Origin: Octopus sinensis
Taxonomy: Eukaryota
Assembly (NCBI RefSeq): GCF_006345805.1
Contig: NC_043005.1
Location: forward strand, 94,984,001 to 95,048,000
DNA: 64,000 nt
Direction: 5' to 3'
Of the stretch, positions 12,273 to 24,964 are shown in pieces. The notes under the pieces were generated by a model that saw only the letters and a program-made list of their open reading frames with translations, did no database searches and was not told the DNA's origin. The position numbers and the translations under genes are program-made. Numbering within the stretch: position 1 is the stretch's first letter; each line of letters opens with the position of its first letter.

Positions 12273-12623
12273 GAGCGAACGGTCTGCGTCCCAGAGCTCG
12301 CAAGATGGGAGAAGTCCGAAACGTGGTCCTTTGCTATTCGTAAGACCCGCAGGTCAACCCCCGACACCGAGAGCATCGACGGATGGATGAATGCGCATCC
12401 AGGCTCAGCGGTTGCGTAGGAAGTCGGGGACAAGAAACAGGAAGAAAGAGTGAAAGAAAGTTGGGGCGAAAGAGTACAACAGGGGTCACCACCACTCCCT
12501 GCCGGAGCCTCGTGGAGCTTTAGGTGTTTTCGCTCAACACACACAACGCCCGGTCTGGGAATCGAAACCGCGATCATCCGACGGCGAGTCCGCTGCCCTA
12601 ACCACTGGGCCATTGCGCCTCCA
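12273..12623 (-). mobile_element. SINE family C (tRNA head, GC-rich structured body), full copy
   Basis: Minus strand starts TGGAGGCGCAATGGCCCAGTGGTTAGG (A-box) ... GGTTTCGATTCC (B-box). The 3' half recurs at 53004-53173. Confidence 0.85.
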
Positions 12624-13176
12624 TCTGTTGGTGGGAGTGATGGTGGTGGTAATGGTGGTAGTGCTTTTATTGTTGTTCATGTTAGTGTGGTTATTGTTGA
12701 TTGTAGCGTTTTTGTTGGAGATGGTGTTGTTAGTGTTATCATTGATGTTGGTTCTGAAAGTGGAGTTGTTGTTGTTGTTGTTGAGTACGATGTTACTTGT
12801 CACTAAATAATCACCTGCTTCAGACACTCCCCCACCCACTAAGTTTGTTTATATTTTATTAGTATTATTTAGTCTTTTTTTTATCTTCGCCATGTTTTGT
12901 TTTGCTTTTTTTTTCTGTGACTACGTTCACAAAATTGTCAGTTTCAGCACGGACCCGAAGTCATGTGCATAAGCTTCACATGACATTTATATTTTAGTTA
13001 TAAGCAACAAATATGTGAGTGTACGCACGTATGTATATATGTGTATATGTGTGTGTATGTGTGCATGTATAAGTGTATATATATGAGTGTGTGTGTGTGT
13101 GTATTCATACATACATATACAAACATATATAATGTATGTATGTATACATGTATGTCTGTATGCATGTATGTCTCTC

Positions 13177-13242
<66 letters not shown>

Positions 13243-13875
13243 ACCTAAAGGCGTGTCTATAGAATAATTAACAATGGGAAATGTAACTTGGTCAACGAAA
13301 TATCATCGTTTCAGAGTGCAGTCCACACCACTTTCATTTCACTTCTATTGTGGTTTTCGGTTCAGTCCCAATGCGCAACACCTCGGACAAGAGTTTTCTA
13401 CTATAGCTTCGGACAAATAAATTTGGTAGGCGGAAACTATGTGGAAGCCCGTCGTATTTGTGTATGTGTCTGTCTTTTTTGTATTTCCCCCACCAACACT
13501 TAGCAGTTCAGCGAAAGAAACCGATGGAATAAATACCAGGCTTTAAAATAAGAACTGGAGCCGATTCTTTCGACTAAAACCCTCCAAGACAGTGCTCCAG
13601 TACGGCCGTAGTCCAATGACTGAAAGAAGTAAGAGATAACAGACAAAACTACATAAGTAAACAAGTCTTATTTCTCTGACTCTCAGGCTATAACCCCCCA
13701 ATAAGATATTTTCTTGGGTGGTGTATTGCACTTTTGTTCTAATTTTGAAATATTTATGTATAGAGGAGGGTGAAGCACTAAGTTTTGCCAACACGCACCC
13801 AAATACCTTACGAACATTTCGAAGCTTCGTCAAATATCATAACTTGCATGTATTTGCTCAATAAATAAATAAATC

Positions 13876-14498
13876 TCTTTTACTTGTTTCAGTCATGTTG
13901 ACTGCGGCTATGCTGGAGCACCGCCTTTTCAGGACTTATTCTTTGTAAGCCTAGTACTTATTCTATCGGTCTCTTATGCCGAACCGCTAAGTTATGGGAA
14001 CGTAAACATACCAGCATCGGTTGTCAAGTGATGTTGGGGGAACAAACACAGACACACACACACACACACACACATACATATATATATATACATATATTTC
14101 AGTCAACCCAAAATACAGATGAAGTATTTTGTAAGGCGCAGGAGTGGCTGTGTGGTAAATAGCTTGCTTACCGACCACATGGTTCCGGGTTCAGTCCCAC
14201 TGCATGGCACCTTGAAGACAAGTAGTGTCTTCTACTATAGCCTTGGGCCGACCAAAACCTTGTGAGTGGATCTGGTAGACGGAAACTGAAAGAAGCCCGA
14301 CGTATATATATATACATATACATATATACGTCGGGCTTCTTTCAGTTTCCGTCTACCAGATCCACTCACAAGGTTTTGGTCGGCCCAAGGCTATAGTAGA
14401 AGACACTACTTGTCTTCAAGGTGCCATGCAGTGGGACTGAACCCGGAACCATGTGGTCGGTAAGCAAGCTATTTACCACACAGCCACTCCTGCGCCTT
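13876..14498 (-). mobile_element. SINE family A copy interrupted by an inverted duplication of its own 5' half
   Basis: 3' half at 13876-14090, 5' half at 14327-14498, inverted copy at 14096-14303. Confidence 0.85.
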
Positions 14499-14535
14499 AC
14501 AAAATACTTCATCTGTATTTTGGGTTGACTGAAAT
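14096..14535. repeat. Perfect fold-back palindrome with arms of about 210 bp
   Basis: atttcagtcaacccaaaatacag...gcccgacg [TA-rich centre] cgtcgggc...ctgtattttgggttgactgaaat. The arms share private variants and non-SINE flank. Confidence 0.95.
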
Positions 14536-14627
14536 TTTAAAATCAGTGAAACTATTAAAACATGAAATTTCTCAGCGAACGAAGTAAACGTTAAATTTCG
14601 ATATTAATGTGGGCTGTTGAGTGATAT

Positions 14628-14860
14628 ATGTTTCTTTACTACCCACAAGGGGCTAAACACAGAAGGGACAAACAAGGACAGACAAACGGATTAAGTCGAT
14701 TACATCGACCCCAGTGCGTAGCTGGTACTTTATTTATCGACCCCGAAATGATGAAAGGCAAAGTCGACCTCGGCGGAATTTGAACTCAGAACGTAACGGC
14801 AGACGAAATACGGCTACGCATTTCGCCCGGCGTGCTAACGTTTCTGCTAGCTCGCCGCCT
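14628..14860 (-). mobile_element. SINE family B, full copy
   Basis: Minus strand AGGCGGCGAGCTAGCAGAAACGTTAGC...GAGTTCAAATTCC...GCCTTTCATC.TTTCGGGGTCGATAAA. Other copies near 20255, 27921, 35470-36228, 52392, 56385, 59525-60416 and 62415. The central motif resembles the Meta/MESC-type SINE core (from memory). Confidence 0.85.
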
Positions 14861-16451
14861 TTGGGCTGTTAAGCGACATATAACAAGGACTCGATACTGG
14901 CAGTAGAGTCAGATATATTATAAATGAAGAAGACGAAGAAAACCTTCAGAAATGGAAATGACATTTTTCAGTGAATGAAATGATAACGAAGAAATGAATA
15001 AACTATCATCAACCACTACCACCAGTAACAACTACAACAATAACACCAACAACAATTCTGTTGCAAAAAAATAAATGAGAAAAAATTGGGAAATTAATGA
15101 AACTTTTTTTTTTATATTTAAATAAAAGAATCTGGAATATCTGAATAAATGAAGATGTAGGTGGGGAATAAAAATAAATGAAGAAATGTGCGAAATGAAT
15201 GAAAAATGATGCGGTGATCATGTGTGGGGTTGTGGGGGGGTAGAAAATAATGAAATTCATGAGTGACTAAAAAAATTACATAAAATAAAAATAAATAAGT
15301 AAATACAAAAGAATTAGAGGTTTAGGGGCGGCGCCAAGCTGGAGTTAGGTGAAAAGTGGGGGTGTAAAATACGAAATTCTTTCGATGTGAAAAATAAAAA
15401 TAAATATATAAATAAAAAAAATAATAAAGTAAAAATGAAGAAGGAAAATTTCCTCAGAACAAACTGATAAAGATGAAAAGATTTATTTAAAGGGAGCTGC
15501 ACCACCGGAAATGCATCTTTGCTCTATTCTTTTTATAGTTATTTTATTTTATATATTTCAATTTTGTGAAGACTATTCATTTTTTGATGATTTTTTTTTT
15601 TAATGTATCGTTACTTATTTACTTCGTTCTTAAAAAAGAATACGAAAAAATCTATGTAAGGAAGGATAACGATTCTGCTATTTGGCAAATAGAAGCTTAT
15701 ATCTTAATTTTTATTTTTATTTTTTCTTTCTTTTTTTTGTTTGATTTTTCTATTCTCTCTCATTTCTTTTAATTGTATTGTTGTTGTTACTGTTTTTGTT
15801 GTTATCGTTGGTATATGTTACAGAAACACGATGCAGAAAAACATGGAAAGGTAGCCGGTGTCAGGAAATTTATATTATATAGATGTTGATGGTTGCACAG
15901 AGATACATAGAGAGGAGAAAGAAGAGACCGAAAACATGTGTACGTGTATATGTGTCTATGTGTGCGCGCTTCGTGCCGTGAGTGTATATGTCTTGTATTT
16001 GTGTGAGTGCGAATGTATATGTGTGTGTATGTGTATATGTGTTTTACACTGCCTGGTGAGAGTTACAGTTCTCGAAACGGAACATTCAATAGCCAAAGAC
16101 TAGCAACGAAATTACATGACACACATATTTCCGTTAAATCCTCTATAAGTTCACTCGTTCCGATTATTCATTGCCTTCATACAATTAGTGTCTTAACCTA
16201 AAATATTTTTTGAGCACTTTTGTTGAAAAATACCTCGTTAAGAATAATTAGGATGTACCTTGGGGAGTGCATATGTATGTATCTTGTAACCGAATATACA
16301 TATTTACATGTATATGTATTTTTGTGGAAGTATATATATAAGGAGGATACGACGACGAGGGTCCCAACTGATACGATCAACGGAACAGCTTGCTCGTGAA
16401 ATTAACGTGCAAGTGGCTGAGCACTCCACAGACACGTGTACCCTTAACATA

Positions 16452-16485
<34 letters not shown>

Positions 16486-16696
16486 CATACATATATATAT
16501 ATATACACACACGCGCACACATACATAGACTTAAAAAGGCTAGGGGAGAGAAAGAAATGAAGAGAGAAAGAACGTATGGGGTAAGGCATGAAAGAACGGA
16601 AGAAATTAAAAGAAGAAAAATAAATGAAAGAAGGGAAGTCGTAATGGAATGAGAGAAAGATACAGAGAATGAGAGACGAGTAACATATAGAAAGAA

Positions 16697-16744
<48 letters not shown>

Positions 16745-17209
16745 GAAATAAGGTTTCAAATGTTAGCACAGGGCCAGAAATTTTAGGGGAAGAGGTAAGA
16801 ATATCGACCCCAGTGTTCAACTGGTAATTATCCGAAAGGATTAAAGGCAAAGTTGACCTCGACGGAATTTGAAGGCAGAAAGTTAAAAGCCAGAAGAAAT
16901 TCCACGAAGAATTTTGCATGACGCCCTAATGATTCCGCCAATTATGTAACGAATATATATAGACAAGGCGTATAGAGAATGAAACAGAATAAGGGGAGGG
17001 AAGTAGGCGCAGACTTGGATGAAGGATATTAAGGAAGTCAGAAGGATTAGCAAATGTCTAAAACACTTTTTTTAATGTTGTAGCTGTTTAGCACCAAGTT
17101 GATCCAGATTAATTTTTTTATCAAACGTGTACCAACTGTGACCAACTCGTCATTTTATGTAAACCGGACCACGTTATCTAATGCCTTTTTTTATGTTATG
17201 AAGTGGTTT

Positions 17210-17669
17210 AATGTTTTCGACACCCCACCTTTATTTAGTTGTCTCCAACATAGTTCTCCATTTTCTTCTACATATCCTAATTTCCTCTTCAAAGCCACGA
17301 AATCTTCTAGAAATACCAGTCAAATCTCCCTCGGCTCACTTTCCGACTGTCTTAGAAATAGAACACGATAGATATAGCAGATATAGCGACGTTGGTTGCT
17401 AGTATAGCTGAGTAGGCCCGGGTTAGCCCTGATTGAGCAAACTTATAATCAAAGACACTCCAGTCGTGAGTATCCTGTCTTTTTCAAGGAACCATGGACG
17501 GCAATTTCTATCGTGTTCTATTTCTAAGACAGTCGGAAAGTGGGCCGAGGAAGATTTGACTGGTATTTCTAGAAGATTTCGTGGCTTTGAAGAGGAAATT
17601 AGGATATGTAGAAGAAAATGGAGAACTATGTTGGAGACAACTAAATAAAGGTGGGGTGTCGAAAACATT
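17210..17669. repeat. Inverted repeat (163-bp arms, 2 mismatches) of an RTE-like LINE 3' fragment
   Basis: Arms at 17210-17372 and 17507-17669. The right arm translates to KTVGKWAEEDL...GFEEEIRICRRKWRTMLE, reminiscent of an RTE ORF C-terminus. Confidence 0.8.
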
Positions 17670-18099
17670 GGCAACAGCGACAAAGGAGGAGATGGCATAA
17701 AAACGAAGATATGAAAATAAAGAAAGAAAGAAAGTTAAAATATTAAAATGATGACAGACAGAAAGATAAATGGTGGGGTGTACTTAACATGAGAATCAGA
17801 GAAGGAACGAAAGGATAAAAAGTGTAAAAGAAGCTGAAATATTCAGATGATGAGAGATAAAAGATAGATGAGGGACTTATTTTTACAAGGCTAGAGAGAG
17901 GGGCAAATGGGAGGACGATAGGCAGAGAATGAAAGAGGAGTAGTGGTGGTGGTGGTGTTGTGTGTGAAAGTGTAAGAAATAGGGAGATGACAGAAAAGCA
18001 AGAGGTAATAGAAAAGATAAAAAGATACAAAAAATGAAGAGTGAAAAGTGGCATGGCGAACACGGAGAGAGCGCGAAAGAGAGAAGGAAATGGGAATGT

Positions 18100-18176
<77 letters not shown>

Positions 18177-18940
18177 ATAATAATAATGTAAGATATATTG
18201 AGAGAGGAAAGAGAGGAATGAAAAGAATGAAAAACAATGGGACGAGAAAAACAGTGATACACAAAATTGAGCAAAAAGAAAGAAAAAGTAAAATACGGTG
18301 AGAAAATACAAAGAAATTTCAGAGAAAGAAGAGACCAAAAATGTAAACAGGTTTTTTTGTATACTTCCTTCAATATTTTTATGCTTTTTCGTTTCTTCTC
18401 ATTTTTTTCTTTCTTTTTTCTTCCTAAAAAGAACGAAAAAAGTGATTGATAATTCCATCGTTGAGTGAATAACGACTACATAAGATGGCAGACGATTGTC
18501 AAAAACTGTGGTCTCAGAATGTGAAAGGTTTTATAAGACCTTATAGTCTTTTCTGTTTGCTTGCTTTTGCTACTCTTCCTTCTCATCTTCTGAGAGGGAG
18601 GAAGGGAGGGGAGGAGGGAGAGAGAGACAGAGAGAGAGAAAGACAGACAGACTGAGACTGTTAGTGATAGAACATACATATATATATATATACTCTTTTA
18701 CTCTTTTACTTGTTTCAGTCATTCGAATTTTGATGTAGACCATCTTAATTTCCATCAACAGCTCTTAACGCCAAGAAAAACCGAGATCTCTATTAACTTT
18801 GTCTTTAGGTTCTAATTGCTAATAAGCTACCCTTTTTAATTTGTTGTTTACACTTTTACTGTTTTGGAAATCAGTGCATGTTTCAACGCTTTCTCTCATA
18901 AGACTAACAGAGGTAGTTGAGTTTAACCCTAGGCGTTAAG

Positions 18941-18996
18941 AGCTGCTGATGAAGATTAAGATGGTTGACATTAAAATCCAAAATCACGATCCGGCT
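18941..18996 (+). ncRNA. Decayed hammerhead (G12A), with an inverted partial copy at 18725-18773
   Basis: AGCTG-CTGATGA-AGATT...AATCC-AAAA-TCACGA-TC-CGGCT. Stem I AGCTG/CGGCT. The inverted copy keeps ...AATTCGAA, so the loss of G12 looks like CpG decay. Confidence 0.65.
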
Positions 18997-19201
18997 ATGT
19001 ACACTGGGGACTTACCTCCCCTCGTCAGTCACTTAAGATAGTGCGTTTGTAGCTTTGAGTTAATTTAACCCTTATCTTTAGCAAAGGATACTGTCACTAC
19101 TGTGACCTCTATTAATTTTGCCTTTAGGTTCTAATTGCTAATAAGCCACCCTTTTTATTTGTTACACACACACACATATATACATAAATATATGCACAAA
19201 G

Positions 19202-19249
<48 letters not shown>

Positions 19250-20115
19250 AGTATATATATATGTATGAGTGTGTGTGTGTACAAACACATAAGTATATAT
19301 ATGTGTGTATGTGTATATTTGTGTATATATGTGTATTTGTGAGTGTACAGATAGACAGACAATCAGGGTAACGGCGCAATAAAGCTAAAGTACAGTGGGG
19401 TTGACAAGGACAGAATACAGGGTGATGGCGACAACGACAACAGCGTCGACGAAGATGACAACATCGATAACGATGTTGATGATGATCGTGATGAGCAATA
19501 ACATCAAACAGCAACAACGAAGTAGAAACACATGTGTGGGGCTGTAAAGAAAGAGAGAAGGGTACAGAAGAAGAGGTGGATTTAGGGAATGTTGATTGTA
19601 CTGCAAGATAACTGAAAGCAAATCGTCTGTGAAAAAGAAAACATGTAAATGTGAAGCGATTGTCTTGGTACGGGAAGGGGAAATATATACCACAACTAGG
19701 ACTGTCACTTGCAATCCAGGATGAGTTGGTTGCATGGACTAATGCTTTCACTAATTATTTTAGGTGCCCGTGTAGTCGCGAATAGATGCAGACATCCTTT
19801 TTTTCTAATTCCTTTCACTTCTGATCCGGCAGAACATTCAGGGTGCGACAGGAGAAGGGAGGGAGATAGAGAGGGGAAGAGGGTGGGAGTGAAAGTGGAA
19901 GAGATGGAAGGAAGGAAAGAGGGAGATGGAGATAGAGAGGGCATTATCAACATTCTGTTCTGACCTTATTTGTCAGCCCTGAATAGATGAAAGGTAAAGT
20001 TGACACCGGTGGGATTTGAAACTCTGATCGCAGAGAGGTAGAACAAATATCGCAAAGTAATTTATCGTGTGCACTAATAACTCTGCCAATCGACTGTTTT
20101 ACATAATACGTACGT

Positions 20116-20147
<32 letters not shown>

Positions 20148-21690
20148 ATACACACACACACACACGTACGCATACATACAAACATACATGACTTACAAAT
20201 ATTATTTAATATTCAGCTAACTAAACGACCTGTCAATATTTTAAAGAAAATAAGGTGGCGGGTTGGTAGAATCGTTAGAACGCCAGGCAAAATGCTTTGC
20301 GGTATTTCGTCCGTTTTCACGTCCTGAGTTCAAATTTCGCCGAAGCCGACTTGCCTTTCGTCCTTTTGGAGTCGATAAAATAAGTACCAGATAAGCACCG
20401 GGGTCGATGTAATCGACTTGTCCCTCCCCCAAAGTTGCTTCCGCTGTGCCAAAACTTGAAATCAAGATTTTAAAGAAACATAGAGATAACGAAACTATCA
20501 TGTTGCTTCTGCTGAGCAAGTGGACAGGGAAACGGTCAGAGAAAGAGACACAGTACCAGTTACATTACTGGATATAACATACACAAGTATTACCAACGAA
20601 ATAATCTTAAAATTAAATAATACTCTCTGTGTAAAGTGGATGGGGTATTTCACATACCATATTATAGGATAAGTTCAATTTCTATTTCCTAACTTTAAGT
20701 TTCATCCTGGAACGAAGACATAAGTCTTCTTCGATAACATACGTACGTAGATATGACGGGCTTCTTTCAGTTTTTGTTTACCAGATCCACGCACAAGGCA
20801 TTGGTCGACCTGGGGCTATAGTTGAGGACACTTGCCAAAGTGCTTCACGTCGGAACCATGTAGTTGGGAAGCAAACTTCTCACTACACAGCTAAAAGGTG
20901 ACGGAAGCACTATGGTAAATATGTTATAGAAAACTGAATAATTGTAGTTTTGAGAGTCTCTCATATTGAGAAGCTCTCTCAAGACGAATACTGCGGTTTC
21001 AAGGTTTATATAGTGTACACACATACACACACGTACATATGTTTATAATTAAAGTTACGTCTGACGAAATGGGTTGGTTATTTTGTTCTATTATGTAATC
21101 TACTAATAAATATGCAATTCTCATGAAAATGTTTGTTACGTAATTGATGTCCACTTCATTCTTATTCATTTATATGTGTGTAAGTGTATATGTATGTGTG
21201 TGCATTGTATAACTTCATATTTATACATGCATATTTTGTATGAATGTATGCACATATGCATGTATATACGTCTGTATGTAGGTTTATTCTTTGAGCTTTG
21301 TTTAAGTTGGTCATACTGGTCGCGAACAAAATGACAACAGTCGTGTGTTTTAGTCAAGACTGTTCCATGGATGTATGATAACGTGCACTGTTGTGTGGAT
21401 AACTTTGCACTCGTATAACGCGTCTGCATGTCATTTGCATTACTATTTTGATTGTGTGAACATATATACGAGTGTCTGCGCAAGCGTGTGTGTGTATGTG
21501 TACATGCATGTGTGTCAGTGCATATGTATTTTAGTGTATATATGTATTATCCAGTGGAATAAATCTGATTTCAGACGAGGCGTAGTTGTCATAAAAGTCA
21601 CGCACCGCTAGATGTTCCAGTCTTTATTTCTGTGGTATGACATATTTGAGAAAGCGTACGTATATATGCGTACACGAGTGTGCCGTGTAT

Positions 21691-21748
<58 letters not shown>

Positions 21749-22147
21749 CTTTCACTCTTTTACTTGTTTCAGTCAGTTGACTGCGGCCATGCTGGAGCAC
21801 CGCCTTTAGTCGAGCAAATCGACCCAGGGACTTATTCTTTGTAAGCCCAGTACTTATTCTATCGGTCTTTTTTGCCGAACCGCTAAGTGACGGGGACGTA
21901 AACACACCAGCATCGGTTGTCAAGCAATGCTAGGGGGACAAACACAGACACACAAACACACACATACATATATATACATATATACGACAGGCTTCTTTCA
22001 GTTTCCGTCTACCAAATCCACTCACAAGGCATTGGTCGGCCCGGGGCTATAGCAGAAGACACTTGCCCAAGATGCCACGCAGTGGGACTGAACCCGGAAC
22101 CATGTGGTTGGTTAGCAAGCTACTTACCACACAGCCACTCCTGCGCC
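21749..22147 (-). mobile_element. SINE family A, full copy inserted in (TA)n
   Basis: tRNA-like head GGCGCAGGAGTGGCTGTGTGGTAAG...GGTTCAGTCCC, internal microsatellite, GTAAAAGA tail. Confidence 0.9.
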
Positions 22148-22231
<84 letters not shown>

Positions 22232-22260
22232 ATGCATGCATACATGTATACACACACACA

Positions 22261-22324
<64 letters not shown>

Positions 22325-22595
22325 TATATATATACATAAACACACGCACATATGTATGCATACGTGTGTAAAATATATGTTGTTTAACTGAAATTGTCTG
22401 TTATTAACTATCTGAGTTTTATGCATATTCATATACACATGTGCATGAGTATGAGTGTGTGTGTGTGTGAGTGTGTGTTTGTGTGTGTGCAGAAACTGTT
22501 ATTATTCATTCATGTATCAAGATGGGATTTTTCTATACACTGACTATATATCTCAAACTGTAATTCTTCAATATTTTATATCTATTATTTACAAC

Positions 22596-22707
<112 letters not shown>

Positions 22708-22739
22708 ACAGATAGATAGATGATAGATAGACGGATAAA

Positions 22740-22839
<100 letters not shown>

Positions 22840-22850
22840 CAGACAGACAT

Positions 22851-22975
<125 letters not shown>

Positions 22976-23544
22976 CACAAACACAGAGAAGGCAGGCAGT
23001 TTGACAGCGTAATTCAAAAAGAAAATGGTAATAAAGGGGAAAAGAGAGTAGTGAAGGTGAAGAAATGGATTGGAGTCTGGCTTGTTTGAATGAAAATGAA
23101 CATTTATAGTTGTCCCTTCATCAAACGATGTGTTTGTCATAACGTCTGGATGTTTTCTTATCCAGTTATGATATATAGTATTTCATTTATACACGGTGGA
23201 TTAATTCTTATTTCTTTCACATTCGATCGAGTGGACACCGTGGACTAATGAACATTCAGGCCAACCGTTTATATTTGTATATTGATTTTTGTGTGCGTCG
23301 GTGTATGTGTGTAAGTGCAGACACTCACAAATCAATAAACAGTTACACACATAACCCCCCCTCCATACATATATAAATACCCATCTGTATATACGAATAC
23401 CCTCTTTCATATCGACATACCACCTTGCCTTCTCCTCCCCACAGAACTGCATTTCCAATTGGCCCATATCACCCTCTTTCGACCACCTTTACTCATGCTT
23501 TTCTTTTTTTTTTATTATTCTACCACCTTTTCTCATTATTTTAT

Positions 23545-23579
23545 TTTTCTGAAAAAGACCAGCGTCCGAAACGTCAAGA
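23545..23579 (+). ncRNA. Decayed minimal hammerhead (G8A)
   Basis: TTTT-CTGAAAA-AGAC-CAGC-GTCC-GAAACGTC-AAGA. The downstream flank (GAATACATTTGTT...CGTCTTG) resembles that of the 42875 motif. Confidence 0.6.
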
Positions 23580-24013
23580 TTTTAAGCGATAAGCGAATAC
23601 ATTTGTTAAAGCTTGTCTCTCTCGTCTTGGTCTTCTTTTTGCGCTCGTTTCCAAATATGTACGCACACACACACATACACACACATATCATGGTATCACG
23701 TTATCCACCAGTGTATTGGATGTTGTTATGAATCGCTGGCCACAATGCCCTTCGCATCGTTTTAGCTCGATGGCCAGACGAACAGACCAACCTTCCCCCT
23801 GGTTGGACGTTTAGTTTGTCGTGGATTACCTATTTACAGTTAAGCGAACTGGAGTAACGTGAAAGGAAATGTTTTGCTAAATAACAAAACACGCAGCAGA
23901 TGTGGGAATCAAAACCACAAATTCACGATCGTGAGTGCAACACCCCTAGCCACTAAGCCGGATGCCTTCATACACATACACACACATACATACACGCACA
24001 AACATACATATAC

Positions 24014-24044
<31 letters not shown>

Positions 24045-24050
24045 TGTATG

Positions 24051-24096
<46 letters not shown>

Positions 24097-24125
24097 CGAG
24101 AAAGAAGCAACAAGAATGGATAGGT

Positions 24126-24216
24126 TTTTAGTACAATCGTTTCATACAAGGACAGGCTTTATTAAAAGTTGTAAAAATTACAGCATATAAACGTGTCCCG
24201 TACTCATCAGCTAAAA
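24126..24216 (-). ncRNA. Type I hammerhead ribozyme, intact (inverted twin of 24633-24723)
   Basis: Exact reverse complement of 24633-24723. Confidence 0.85.
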
Positions 24217-24632
24217 TACATGTGAGTTCTCTAGACATCCTAGTGGTTGAGGCTATACTCATGAAGTAATGTAGATAATTAAGTAACATAAACAGATTTC
24301 CAAAGTCCATTAAAGTTCTTTAAAGATGATGTACAGTCTTATCACAGATAAGATGTACAGTCTTATCACCTCGTTGTGATTAACAATGGATAAATTTGTC
24401 TTCTGTGAGTATGTAATCCCTCATCATATCTCTGGAAATTCATATGTGCTCTATGGATTAGGTCACCTTCTCTGTGATGCTATTAGAACTTTTTTAAAAT
24501 TCTGTGATAAGACTGTACATCATCTTTAAAGAACTTTAATGAACTTTGGAAATCTGTTTATGTTACTTAATTATCTACATTACTTCATGAGTATAGCCTC
24601 AACCACTAGGATGTCTAGAGAACTCACATGTA

Positions 24633-24723
24633 TTTTAGCTGATGAGTACGGGACACGTTTATATGCTGTAATTTTTACAACTTTTAATAAAGCCTGTCCT
24701 TGTATGAAACGATTGTACTAAAA
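24633..24723 (+). ncRNA. Type I hammerhead ribozyme with intact core and long stem II
   Basis: TTTTAG-CTGATGA-GTACGGGACA...TGTCCTTGTAT-GAAA-C-GATT-G-TA-CTAAAA. 6-bp stem I, about 10-bp stem II, GUA site (cut after 24717). Confidence 0.88.
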
Positions 24724-24874
24724 ACCTATCCATTCTTGTTGCTTCTTTCTCGCTTATAATCACCCCACATTACTGTATTGTTAAAACAGTATAGTTTTTT
24801 TTTTGGTGCATCTAAGTTAGGTACCATATTCAAGTAAATTCATTTAAATTAACTTGAATCTTTATTGCTTTTTG

Positions 24875-24964
<90 letters not shown>

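Larger units (their letters stand above)
24091..24758. mobile_element. Penelope-like inverted pLTR structure (258-bp inverted arms, 1 mismatch), each arm carrying a hammerhead
   Basis: Arms 24091-24348 and 24501-24758. The left end is fused to (TA)n. Confidence 0.8.

Noticed and set aside
12545-12623. tRNA gene (also the SINE A heads and 58474-58560)
   Set aside because: A and B boxes are present but there is no closed acceptor stem, and the sequence continues into a repeat body, so these are SINE heads.
16052-16080. CTGGTGA-GAG..CTC-GAAAC
   Set aside because: No NUH site with a compatible stem I.
19005-19030. Minus-strand CTGACGA followed by a GGGGA/TCCCC stem
   Set aside because: No GAAA after stem II and no stem I or III.
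19360-19502. Acidic Asp-rich reading frame
   Set aside because: A degenerate (GAT/GAC/AAC)n trinucleotide repeat without splice signals.
21055-21098. TTACGT-CTGACGA...ATGTAA hammerhead remnant
   Set aside because: Stem I and the 5' core are present but GAAA and stem III are missing. Too decayed to call.
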